A stretch of DNA of 64,000 nt from an uncultured Candidatus Rokubacteria bacterium (GTDB lineage Bacteria; Methylomirabilota; Methylomirabilia; Rokubacteriales; DASRDR01), in NCBI GenBank assembly GCA_963708025.1, contig CAVPSB010000017.1, forward strand, positions 1 to 64,000, in the 5' to 3' direction. This document shows, piece by piece, positions 53,710-63,141 of this stretch. Made by a program: the position numbers and the translations under genes. Every line of letters begins with the position of its first letter. Position 1 is the first letter of the stretch. Below the pieces are notes generated by a model. That model saw nothing but the letters and a program-made list of their open reading frames with translations, had not been told where the DNA came from and made no database searches.

Positions 53710-54285
53710 ATGGCGATCTTCACCGACCGGGTCGAGCGGGCGATCGCGGCCGCGATCGAGGCCCACCAGGGGCAGACGCGGAAGGGCGACCGCCAGCTTC
53801 CCTACGTCGTCCACCCGGTGACCGTGGCGCTGATCCTGTCCCGCTATTCCGACGACGAGGACACGATCATCGCCGGCCTCCTCCACGACGTGCTGGAGGA
53901 CACCCACCTCGGCGAGGAGGCGATCGAGCGCCAGTTCGGCCCTAAGGTCCTGGGCATGGTGAAGGACGTCACCGAGCCGGACCTGCCCGGTCTGTCCTGG
54001 GAGACGCGGAAGGACCGCTACCTCCGACAGCTCGACCGGGCCCCACGAGGCTCCCTCCTGGTGGCCTGCGCGGACAAGATCGCGAACCTGATCTCGATGA
54101 TCGCGGCCCACTCGATCCAGGGGGACGGGCTGTGGGAGCGCTTCAACGCGCCCCCGGCGCAGAAGCTCGCCTTCTACCGGCAGGTCCACGACCTGGTGCG
54201 CGTCGGCTGGCCGACCTGCCCCATGCTGCGCGAGCTCGGGAACCGGCTCAGCGAGGCCGAGCGCAAGCTCCTGCCGCGGCGATGA
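53710..54285 (+). CDS. HD-domain protein, small alarmone hydrolase (Mesh1-like)
   Basis: AHQGQTRK, PYVVHP, LLHDVLEDT, DKIANL. Confidence 0.8.
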   Translation: MAIFTDRVERAIAAAIEAHQGQTRKGDRQLPYVVHPVTVALILSRYSDDEDTIIAGLLHDVLEDTHLGEEAIERQFGPKVLGMVKDVTEPDLPGLSWETRKDRYLRQLDRAPRGSLLVACADKIANLISMIAAHSIQGDGLWERFNAPPAQKLAFYRQVHDLVRVGWPTCPMLRELGNRLSEAERKLLPRR

Positions 54286-55517
54286 TCCGGATCGATCGGG
54301 CCCGGCTCGAGCAGACCTTCCACGAGCAGGCGCGGATCGGCGCGACCGCCGGCGGCGGACTGACGCGCCTGGCGCTCTCCGACGAGGACCGGGTCATCCG
54401 GGACCGGATGGTGGCCTGGCTCCAGGACGCCGGCTGCGCCGTCCGCGTGGACCGGATGGGCAACATCTTCGGCCGGCGGCCGCCGGCGCCGGGCGGCGAG
54501 GCCCTCCCGCCCGTGGTCATGGGCTCTCACGTCGACTCCGTCCCGACCGGGGGTCGCTTCGACGGGGTCCTGGGCGTCGTCTGCGCCCTCGAGGCGATCC
54601 GCGCCCTCAACGCGGCCAAGGTCCGGACGCGCCACCCGGTCGAGCTGGCCATCTTCACGAACGAGGAGGGGGCGCGCTTCCAGCCGGCGATGCTCGGCTC
54701 GGCGGTCGTGGCGGGCAAGGTGTCGCTGGAGGACGCCTACAACAAGGTGGACCGCCACGGGATCCGGCTGGTGGACGAGCTGGAGCGGATCGGGTACCTC
54801 GGGCCGGAGCCCTGCGCGGCCCGGCCCATGCGCGCCTACCTGGAGCTGCACATCGAGCAGGGGCCGTTCCTGGAGGAGGCCGGGCTGTCGGTCGGGGTCG
54901 TCGAGGGCATCGTCGGGATCGCCTGGGCCCGGGTCACGTTCCACGGGGCTCAGGACCACGCCGGGCCGACGCCGATGCGCACCCGCCACGACGCCCTGGT
55001 GGCCGCCGCCGACGTCGTGAAGGCCGTCCGCCACATCCCGCTCGAGATCGGCAAGGACCTGGTCGGCACCGTCGGCTGGCTCGACGTCCACCCGAACATC
55101 GTCAACGCGATCCCTGGCAAGGTCGTCCTGACGACCGACCTCCGCGCACCGGACGAGGCCGACCTCGACCGGGCCGTCGCCGACCTGGCGCTCGCCGTGC
55201 AGGACGCCGCGGCGGCCGAAGGGGTGCGGGTGGAGCACGAGGCGCTGATGCGCGTCCCGCTCACGCGGTTCGCTCCCGAGGTCGTGACCGCGGTGGAATC
55301 GGCCGCGCACGGGCTCGGGGTCGGCCACCGGCGGATGCTCTCGGGTGCCGGCCACGACGCCCAGCACATGGCCGCGCTCTGTCCGACCGGCATGGTCTTC
55401 GTCCCCTCCATCGCGGGGAAGAGCCACTGCGAGGAGGAGGCCACCCACTTCGACGACATCGAGCACGGCGCCAACGTGCTGATGCACGCCGCCCTCGCCC
55501 TGGCCGCCCAGGCCTAG
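54282..55517 (+). CDS. M20 Zn-dependent hydrolase (N-carbamoyl-amino acid/allantoate amidohydrolase family)
   Basis: GSHVDSV, NEEG, ELHIEQG, SGAGHDA. Confidence 0.92.
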   Translation: MIRIDRARLEQTFHEQARIGATAGGGLTRLALSDEDRVIRDRMVAWLQDAGCAVRVDRMGNIFGRRPPAPGGEALPPVVMGSHVDSVPTGGRFDGVLGVVCALEAIRALNAAKVRTRHPVELAIFTNEEGARFQPAMLGSAVVAGKVSLEDAYNKVDRHGIRLVDELERIGYLGPEPCAARPMRAYLELHIEQGPFLEEAGLSVGVVEGIVGIAWARVTFHGAQDHAGPTPMRTRHDALVAAADVVKAVRHIPLEIGKDLVGTVGWLDVHPNIVNAIPGKVVLTTDLRAPDEADLDRAVADLALAVQDAAAAEGVRVEHEALMRVPLTRFAPEVVTAVESAAHGLGVGHRRMLSGAGHDAQHMAALCPTGMVFVPSIAGKSHCEEEATHFDDIEHGANVLMHAALALAAQA

Positions 55518-55693
55518 CGGGCGGGGCCGATGAGCGTTGCATCGCGTCTCGTTCGGACGGCCTTCGGCCTTTGGGGTCGTCGCCGATCCTCGGCGTACTC
55601 GGAGTACGCCTGCGGTCGGCGACTCCCTGCGTCCTAGCGCTGCTCGCTCCTCGGCCCCGCCCCCGAGAACCTGACTCTTCCGCCATCGGCTAG
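55514..55693 (+). repeat. Family A element, copy 4 (CTAG at both ends, with nested module)
   Basis: Same palindrome plus insertion GACGGCCTTCGGCCTTTGGG at 55556-55575. Confidence 0.95.
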
Positions 55694-56947
55694 TAGCGCT
55701 GGTCGGGGGACATCTCGATCCAGCGGATCGGGCCCCGGCGCGGGCGGCGGCCAGCAGCGTGAGGGCCGCGATCACGATGGCGGAGATGGAGACGCCGAAG
55801 GCTGCCCGGTAGCTGCCCGTCAGGTCGTAGATCACCCCGCCGAGCCAGGGCCCGACCGCCGAGCCGAGGCGGTTGCCCAGCGTGATGAGCCCCAGCACCG
55901 TCCCGTAGCTCCGCCCGCGATAGAGGTCGGCGGCCAGCGCGGCGATGATGGGCCCCCGCGCCCCCAGCGTCGAGCCGAAGAGCGCGATGAACGCGTACAG
56001 GAGCCAGGCCGGCGAGCCCGGTCCCAGGAGCAGGAGCGCCAGCGTCCCGAGGGCCGTCGCGGCATAGCTGCCGAGCGCGGCCGGGATCCGTCCCACCCGG
56101 TCCGAGAGGGCGCCGAAGCCGGCCCGACCGACGCCGGACAGGAGCCCCATCACCCCGAAGGCCGTCGCCGCCCAGCGCGGCTCGATCCCGGCCTCCACCA
56201 TGTGCGCCACCTGGTGGGTGGTGACCATGAAGTTCGAGACCGGCGTGAAGAAGAAGGCCGCGGCGAAGCACCAGAACCGAGCGGTCCCGAGGATCTCCGC
56301 GACCCGCGGCTCGGGCGCCTTCCCGGCCGGGCTGCGCCGCACCGTCCGGGGCCTCGGCCGGGGCCCCGGCCGCCCGCGCGTTGGTCGGCAAGAGAAGGAG
56401 CGCGACTCCCGGCTCCGAGCGACAGGAAGGCGCCCCGCCAGCCGAGCGCTCGATGAGGAGCGCGCTGAGCGGGCCGAAGATGAACATGCCGATCCCCATG
56501 CCGGACAGCGCCAGTCCCACGACGGTGCCGCGCGCGGTCGGGAACCAGCGACTCAGCATCACGGTCTGCGCGACGCTGCCCAGGAGCCCCGCGCCGAGGC
56601 CGGCCAGCCCGCTGAACCACAAGATGAGCCCGAGGGACGAGGTCGCCGTCCCGCTCAGCGCGAGCCCGGCGCCGAGAACCAGCGCGCCGACCGCGAAGAT
56701 CCGGCGCTCGCCGAATCGTCCGCATCAGGGGGTCCACCACGGTGGCCGTCAGCCCGACCACGAGGTTGTGGAGCGAGAAGGCGGCGGCGGCGACCCCGCG
56801 CAGGCCACCGAACTCCCGGGTCAGCGGGATGAGGAAGACCGGAAAGGTGAAGGTCGCGCCCTGGACCAGGACCAGGGTCACGAAGGATGCCGCCAGGACC
56901 CCCCAGCGCGGCTCGCGCGCCAGCCGGGCCCACCGCGCGAATCCCAT
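55690..56947 (-). CDS. MFS transporter (frameshifted)
   Basis: SRWF..RG, LSDRVGR, GPWLGGVIYDLTGSY in three frames. Confidence 0.85.
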
Positions 56948-57017
56948 GCGGGGCAGGATGCCCCCGGGGTGCGGCGATGTCCAGGGGCGGGCGTGCCGTC
57001 AGGCGGGACGCGGAGCG

Positions 57018-57118
57018 TTGGGTCGGTCGTGGCGGGCGAAGCGCTCGCGATCGGCGCCGTTCTCTACAACGTGTTCGCCGGCCTCGTGGGCGGCGTCACG
57101 CTCGAGCTGAGCCGCTAG
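57018..57118 (+). pseudogene. DUF3566-like C-terminal fragment
   Basis: IGAVLYNVFAGLVGGVTLELSR*. Confidence 0.4.
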
Positions 57119-57122
57119 ATCG

Positions 57123-57158
57123 TTCGGGGGGTCTCGGAAGACCCCCCGATGCCCCCCC
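57123..57158 (+). repeat. Family B core hairpin
   Basis: TCGGGGGGTCTCGGAAGACCCCCCGATGCCCCCCC. Confidence 0.75.
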
Positions 57159-57207
57159 GTCGTCGGCTCGCCCGCCCCGCGCCGGACCGGCCGACCCGAG
57201 TCACGCG

Positions 57208-57856
57208 CTACTGGCAGACCTGCTGCGCGTAGGCCGGGATCCAGGCCGTGAGCCGCTGGCCGTTCGGCATCACGCGGGTCTCGTAGTGGCCCTCGACCCA
57301 GACGTTCTGGCAGTTCTGCGTCGAAGCCTGGGGCGGCTGGGCCGCGCCCTGCTGAGCGCCGCCCGGCGGGGCCGGCGCCGCCTCGGCGCTGCCGGGAGGT
57401 GGCGCGGTCAGCGGCTGCGGGGTGGGCGTGGTGCCGGGCGCGGTGTAGATCGGGGTGTAGGTCGAGTAGGTGGAGGTCTCGTAGGCCGGGTACGAGTAGG
57501 CCGGATACGAGTACGCCGGGTACGTCGGGATACGGCGTAGGCCGGGTAGGCGGGATAGGCGTACGCCGGCGCGTACCACCAGGGCGACGTCAGCAGGGTG
57601 CCGACCCCGAGACCGAGGAAGAAGCCACCGCCCCAGCCCCACCCGCCACCGTGGCCGCCATGCCAGCCACCGCTGGCCACCGTGCCAGCCACTCCGCCCG
57701 CCGTGCCAGCCGCCGCCGCCCGCCGCCGCGCCAGCCGCCGCCCCCGCCACCACGCCAGCCTCCGCCCCCACCCCCGCCCCGTCCGGCAGCCGCGGGCACC
57801 GCCAGCACCGGCAGTAGCAGGAGCGCAATCAGGACGACCACGCTCGCCTTCTTCAT
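57208..57856 (-). CDS. Secreted Gly/Trp/His-rich and Tyr-Pro-Ala-repeat protein (frameshifted)
   Basis: GGAGG RBS, signal peptide, GGW(R/H)GG repeats, YPAY repeats, C-terminal C..VWVEGHY...WIP..C. Confidence 0.75.
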
Positions 57857-57920
57857 GGGTCGCCTCCTCCACTCGGGCCCGCAAGGACCCCGGCCAGCCT
57901 CCCCCGCTCCACACTATACA

Positions 57921-58454
57921 CTACGGCTGACACGGGCGACCCAGTCGTTCAGGGCATCCCGGGTGCTGGGGAACGCGAGGGCCTCCCACGGGATCTCGTG
58001 CGGGGGCGTAGTACGCCGTCTCCAGCACCTCCGTCTCGCACGGCACCGGCTCGCTCCCATCCGGGACGGCAGCCAGGTAGACGGCGACGACGACCGGCGA
58101 GCCGGGGTACGAGTAGAGCCCGACGAGCCCTTCGAGCTGGACCGTCAGGCCGACCTCCTCCAGCGTCTCGCGCCGCGCCCCTTCCCGGACGTCCTCGCCC
58201 CAGTCCACGTACCCCCCCGGGAAGGTCCAGAGGCCTCGGGCCGGCTCGATGGCCCGACGGGTCAGCAGCACCCGTCCGGCCTGGATCGGCAACGTCCCGG
58301 CAACGACCTTGGGGGCCAGGTAGAAGACGAAGTCACAGGTCGAGCAGACCGGCTGCTCGCGCTCGTCGTGCGGCACGGCGCGGCGGACCAGGGTTCCGCC
58401 GCAGAGGGGGCAGAAGCGCAGGCGCTCTGGCCGCAGCTCGGGCCCAGAGGTCAC
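57921..58454 (-). CDS. NUDIX hydrolase with N-terminal zinc ribbon
   Basis: [18 protein letters not shown]...RETLEEVG. Confidence 0.9.
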   Translation of the reverse strand: MTSGPELRPERLRFCPLCGGTLVRRAVPHDEREQPVCSTCDFVFYLAPKVVAGTLPIQAGRVLLTRRAIEPARGLWTFPGGYVDWGEDVREGARRETLEEVGLTVQLEGLVGLYSYPGSPVVVAVYLAAVPDGSEPVPCETEVLETAYYAPARDPVGGPRVPQHPGCPERLGRPCQP

Positions 58455-58479
58455 GCCCGCCCCTCAGACTCTGGATCGC

Positions 58480-59193
58480 CTAGCCGGACAGGGCGACCCG
58501 CAGATCCGCGTAGGTCGGGAGGTGGTCCGAGGCGACGCGGGCCAGGCGGCTCCGGTGGACGGCGACGCGCTCCACGGTCAGCGGCGGGTCGTGGTAGATC
58601 CGGTCGAGCGGGAAGACGGGCAGCACGCTCGGATGCGTCCGGACGCTCCGGCGCCGGCCGCAGGGATGGCCGAACTCGGCGCGGAGCAGGCGCGAGGCGT
58701 GCCCGTTGAACCACTCGTTGAAGTCCCCCAGCAGAAGCCGCGGGCCCTTCAGGCTCTGACGGTTCAGGATGTCCGAGAGCATCCGCACCTGGCGGATCCG
58801 CTCGCCGTACCGGAGGCCCAGGTGGACGTTGAAGATGTGCAGACGCCCGGCCCCGCCGTCCACGTCGTCCACGTCGGCGCGCAGGCAGCCTCGGGGCTCG
58901 AACGGCCGGCAGGTGAGGCTGTAGCTCTGGTGGGCGACCAGGGGCAGGCGGGTCAGGCACAGGTTCCCGTAGGGACCCTGGGGCAGGAGCCGGGTCTGCC
59001 CGAACACGACGTGCATCCCAGTCGCCCCGGCCAGCTCCGCGGCGTGCGGGGCCAGCACCTCCTGCAGCGCGACGATGTCCGCATCGACCTCGGCCAGCAC
59101 ATCGATGATCCGGTCCAGTCGCTGCTGGCCGTCGAGCCCGCGCGCCCGGTGAATGTTGTACGTCAGCACCCGGAGGTGCGTCAGCGAACCCAT
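58480..59193 (-). CDS. Endonuclease/exonuclease/phosphatase family protein
   Basis: TYNIH, ALQE, GDFN, LDRI, SDHLP. Confidence 0.9.
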   Translation of the reverse strand: MGSLTHLRVLTYNIHRARGLDGQQRLDRIIDVLAEVDADIVALQEVLAPHAAELAGATGMHVVFGQTRLLPQGPYGNLCLTRLPLVAHQSYSLTCRPFEPRGCLRADVDDVDGGAGRLHIFNVHLGLRYGERIRQVRMLSDILNRQSLKGPRLLLGDFNEWFNGHASRLLRAEFGHPCGRRRSVRTHPSVLPVFPLDRIYHDPPLTVERVAVHRSRLARVASDHLPTYADLRVALSG

Positions 59194-59219
59194 GCCCCCT
59201 CCCCCAACTCCCGGGCGCG

Positions 59220-59708
59220 CTCCTGGTACCCCGTGAAGAGGGGGTAGAGACCCCGCGGCCCGGAGACACTCGCGAAGTCGAACCTCACGCGGGCGGCGCC
59301 AGCACGAAGCCGGACGGCTCTTCTTCGGCGGGCCCCGCGTGGCCCCCCCCGCTCGCCGAGGAACGCGATACACCCCGACGGCGCGTACTGCCCAAACAGT
59401 ATGATATCCCCGGCACTCGGCATCGCCAGCAATTCTTCGAGACCCTGCACGACGAGGGCGCGGTCCGGCCGGTCGCAGAGCGGGCACCGGTCGGGCCCGG
59501 CGGCGGGATCCTCCGCACGGCTCCACGATAGTAGCACAGGGGGCCCTGGGCATCGGGCGCCAGGGCGAAGCCGATCCCGGGATGCTGGCTGAGCCGCTCC
59601 ACCGCTCCCAGGAAGCGGGCGTCGATCTCCTCCAGCCGGGCGTGTCCCGGCACGTCGGTGAGATACAGGTGTCGACACACCCGCCCCAGCGACCAGAGGC
59701 TCATCATT
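59220..59708 (-). pseudogene. Degraded C-terminal remnant of an alkaline-phosphatase-superfamily-like protein
   Basis: HLYL...HPGIGF...AGDIILFG...GGHAGP fragments over several frames. Confidence 0.5.
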
Positions 59709-59894
59709 TCGATCGTAGCATCCGGTCCGGCGGCGGGGTACGGGCGCCTTGCCAAGCCCTCGCCCCGTCTGCTACCTTTCCATCGAGCACCCACTCACCC
59801 CGTCACCGCCGGGAGCCTGGCATGTTCGAGGTCCAGACGCAGGCCGAGCGCCGGATCATCTCCGCCGGGGGGCCCGCGCGTGGAAGGATGCCGG

Positions 59895-60101
59895 ATGGCG
59901 CAGCGTGAGCCGGCCGGGCCCTTCTGTTTCGACTGCGTCCACTACCCGGAGGCGCCCGCCGATCTCGAGGAGTCGGCGCCCGACCGGGTCGCCGGCCGGA
60001 GCCTCACCGCCGACTTCTTCTGTCCCCGGATCCGCCGGCAGGTGAAGCCGACCTACGCCGCCCGCTGCGACGAGTACCAGGAAGCCGAGCCCGAGGACTG
60101 A
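59895..60101 (+). CDS. Small four-cysteine protein
   Basis: CFDCVHY...FCP...ARCDEY; AAGGA RBS; 8 nt upstream of trkA. Confidence 0.65.
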   Translation: MAQREPAGPFCFDCVHYPEAPADLEESAPDRVAGRSLTADFFCPRIRRQVKPTYAARCDEYQEAEPED

Positions 60102-60109
60102 GATACCGC

Positions 60110-61453
60110 ATGCGTATCATCGTGATCGGTGCCGGCGAGGTCGGCTATCACATCGCCGAGCGGCTCTCCCACGAGGCGCACGACATCGTGGTGATCGAGC
60201 GGAACCCCGAGGTGGCCCGTCGCGTCCAGGAGAGCCTGCGGCTGCCGACGCTCGAGGCCGACGGCTCCTCGCCGGGCGCGCTGGAGGAGGCGCGGGTCCG
60301 CGAGGCCGCGATGGTCATCGCCGTCGCCGACGTGGACGAGGTCAACATCGTCGCCTGCGCCATCGCCCATCAGTACGGGGTGGCGACGAAGATCGCCCGG
60401 GTCCGCAACCTCGAGCTGGGCGGGCACCCCATCCTCCAGGGCGGCAAGGTCCTCGGGATCGACCTCCTGATCAACCCGAACCAGGTGGTGGCCGACGAGA
60501 TCCTCCGCGTCATCAAGACGACCGGGGCCGCCGAGGTCGCCGACTTCGCCGAGGGCCGCGTCCAGCTCCTGGGGGTCAAGATCGGCCCGCAGGCGCCCGT
60601 GGTGAACCGCCGCCTGCGGGATCTGCGATCGGTCCAGGCCTCGTGCCCCTTCCTCGTGGTGGGCATCGCCCGCGGGGACCAGCTCATCGTGCCCACGGCT
60701 GACACGGTGCTGGCGGCCAACGACCACCTCTACGTGGTCAGCCGGCGGGAATACATCCCGGACATCCTGGTCCTGCTGGGCCGGACCAGCGGCGCCACCC
60801 GGCGTGTCCTCATCATCGGCGGTGGCCGGATCGGGCTCCGGGTTGCCCAGGCGCTCGAGGCGGAGCATCTGACGGTCACCGTGATGGAGCGCAGTCGGAG
60901 CCGGTGCGAGGAGCTGGCCAAGCAGCTCACCCGGTCCCGGGTGATCCACGGGGACGGCACCGATGTGCGCCGCCTGATGGAGGAAGGGCTCTCCGACGTG
61001 GACGCGCTCGCCACCATCACTGACGACGACGCGGCCAACCTCCTGGCCGCGCTGCTTGGCAAGCGCTACGGCGCCAGGAAGGCGGTGGCCCTCTTCAAGC
61101 GCCCCGACCTGATCCCGTTGGTGGAGTCCCTCGGCATCGACGCGCCCATCAGCCCGCGGCTCCTGACGGCCAGCGTCATCCTGAAGTTCGTCCGTCGGGG
61201 TCGTGTCCTGTCGGTCTTCGAGCTGCCGGAGAGCGAGGCGGAAACCCTGGAGGTGGTCGTCCTCCCGGGCACGCCGGCGGCCGGCCGGTCGCTCGAAGCG
61301 CTGGCCTTCCCCGCCGACGCGCTGGTGGGGGCGATCGTCCGGGGCGAGGACGTCCTCGTCCCAGAGCGGACCACGGTGCTCGAAGTCGGTGACCACGTCA
61401 TCTTGCTGGCTCTTCCGCGGGCGATCGGGGAGGTCGAGCGCCTCTTCGGGTAG
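60110..61453 (+). CDS. trkA: Trk potassium transporter regulatory subunit
   Basis: Two RCK units (GAGEVG, GGGRIG); 447 aa. Confidence 0.93.
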   Translation: MRIIVIGAGEVGYHIAERLSHEAHDIVVIERNPEVARRVQESLRLPTLEADGSSPGALEEARVREAAMVIAVADVDEVNIVACAIAHQYGVATKIARVRNLELGGHPILQGGKVLGIDLLINPNQVVADEILRVIKTTGAAEVADFAEGRVQLLGVKIGPQAPVVNRRLRDLRSVQASCPFLVVGIARGDQLIVPTADTVLAANDHLYVVSRREYIPDILVLLGRTSGATRRVLIIGGGRIGLRVAQALEAEHLTVTVMERSRSRCEELAKQLTRSRVIHGDGTDVRRLMEEGLSDVDALATITDDDAANLLAALLGKRYGARKAVALFKRPDLIPLVESLGIDAPISPRLLTASVILKFVRRGRVLSVFELPESEAETLEVVVLPGTPAAGRSLEALAFPADALVGAIVRGEDVLVPERTTVLEVGDHVILLALPRAIGEVERLFG

Positions 61454-61532
61454 GGTCAGCCTTTCAATCTCGACGACCTTCGGAGCGGCCGGGGAACAGT
61501 CGGAGAATGTTAGGATTGAAAGGCCCGACCCC
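61453..61532. mobile_element. Family D element, copy 2
   Basis: GGGTCAGCCTTTCAATC ... GATTGAAAGGCCCGACCCC. Confidence 0.75.
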
Positions 61533-61549
61533 AGAGAGGAGGCTCTCGC

Positions 61550-62734
61550 ATGTCTGACGCCGTCATCGTCTCGACCGCCCGCACGCCGATCGGCAAGGCG
61601 TATCGCGGCGCCTTCAACAACACGCACGGTGCGACGATGGCCGGCCACGTCATCCGGCACGCCGTCGAGCGGGCCGGCCTGGAGCCCGGCGAGGTCGAGG
61701 ACGTGATCCTCGGCTGCGCCATGCCCGAGGGCGCGACCGGCCACAACATCGCGCGCCAGTCGGCGCTGCGGGCGGGCCTCCCGGTGACCACTGCCGGCGT
61801 CACGGTCAACCGGTTCTGCTCCTCTGGTCTGCAAGCGATCGCCATGGCCGCCCACCGCGTCGTCGTCGATCGGGTCCCGATCATGGTCGCCGGCGGACTC
61901 GAGTCGATCAGCCTCGTGCAGAACGAGCACCAGAACAAGCACCGGCTGCGCGAGAGCTGGCTCGAGGAGCACAAGCTCGAGATCTACATGACGATGATCG
62001 AGACGGCCGAGGTCGTCGCCCGGCGCTACTACATCACCCGGGAGGCGCAGGACCAGTACGCGCTGGCCAGCCAGCAGCGTACGGCGGCCGGCCAGCGGGA
62101 GGGTCGCTTCGACGCCGAGATCGTCCCGCTCCCCACCGTGAAGCTCGTCCAGGACAAGGCGACCGGGGAGATCCGCGAGGAGGCGGTGACGCTCACCCGC
62201 GACGAAGGGAACCGTGCCGACACCACGATCGAGGGACTCGCCGCGCTGAAGCCCGTGACCGGCGAGAAGGGGCACATCACCGCCGGCAACGCGAGTCAGC
62301 TCTCCGACGGCGCCTCGGCGTGCGTGGTCATGGACGCGAAGCTGGCCGAGCGGCGGGGTCTCCGCCCGCTCGGGATCTTCCGCGGCTTCACGGCGGCCGC
62401 CTGCGAGCCGGACGAGATGGGGATCGGGCCCGTGTTCGCCGTCCCGCGGCTCCTCGAGCGCGTCGGCAAGCGGATGGACGACGTCGACCTCTGGGAGCTG
62501 AACGAGGCGTTCGCGGTGCAGGTCGTCTACTGCCGGGACCGGCTGGGGATCCCGATGGAGAAGCTGAACGTGGACGGCGGGGCGGTCGCCATCGGGCACC
62601 CCTACGGGATGAGCGGCGCCCGCATGGTCGGCCACGCCCTCATCGAAGGCAAGCGGCGGGGCGCCCGTTACGTGGTCTGCACCATGTGCATCGGCGGCGG
62701 CATGGGGGCCGCCGGTCTCTTCGAGGTCGCCTAG
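61550..62734 (+). CDS. Acetyl-CoA C-acyltransferase (thiolase)
   Basis: [26 protein letters not shown]. Confidence 0.95.
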   Translation: MSDAVIVSTARTPIGKAYRGAFNNTHGATMAGHVIRHAVERAGLEPGEVEDVILGCAMPEGATGHNIARQSALRAGLPVTTAGVTVNRFCSSGLQAIAMAAHRVVVDRVPIMVAGGLESISLVQNEHQNKHRLRESWLEEHKLEIYMTMIETAEVVARRYYITREAQDQYALASQQRTAAGQREGRFDAEIVPLPTVKLVQDKATGEIREEAVTLTRDEGNRADTTIEGLAALKPVTGEKGHITAGNASQLSDGASACVVMDAKLAERRGLRPLGIFRGFTAAACEPDEMGIGPVFAVPRLLERVGKRMDDVDLWELNEAFAVQVVYCRDRLGIPMEKLNVDGGAVAIGHPYGMSGARMVGHALIEGKRRGARYVVCTMCIGGGMGAAGLFEVA

Positions 62735-62746
62735 CCGGCCGCCAGG

Positions 62747-62947
62747 CTAGCGCGGCTCGGCGGTTCCCTCCTCCCCTTCGGGCGGCGGGACGTTGCCGCC
62801 GACCTGGGACTCCCAGTCGATCGGCGGGCCGCCGCCCGACTCGCGGCCGGCCTGTTCCTGCTGCTTGGCCTCGCGCTTGGCCTCGCGCTTGGCCTTGCGC
62901 GCCAACTCCTTCCGCCGCTTTTCGCCACTGTAGGACCGTCGCCCCAT
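62747..62947 (-). CDS. Small charged protein
   Basis: GGAGGT RBS; EKRRKELARKAKREAKREAK. Confidence 0.7.
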   Translation of the reverse strand: MGRRSYSGEKRRKELARKAKREAKREAKQQEQAGRESGGGPPIDWESQVGGNVPPPEGEEGTAEPR

Positions 62948-63141
62948 TCCCTACCTCCGTCTTTGGTCGGCAGCCTCGGCCGCCGACGGGCGTCTGGTGT
63001 CGGCCGCCGCCACGCGTGTGCCGCCGCTCTCGCCCCGGTCGACCGCCGACGGGCGTGGTTCCCGGGTAGTGAACGGGCCCTCCGGAGCGCCCGGGAGGGC
63101 TCGCACCCGAGAGCGGAGGGGCCGGAGGGCTCGCCCTTGCT

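Noticed and set aside
62865-62900. 12-bp tandem repeat GCTTGGCCTCGC
   Set aside because: Coding repeat (AKRE) within the small charged protein
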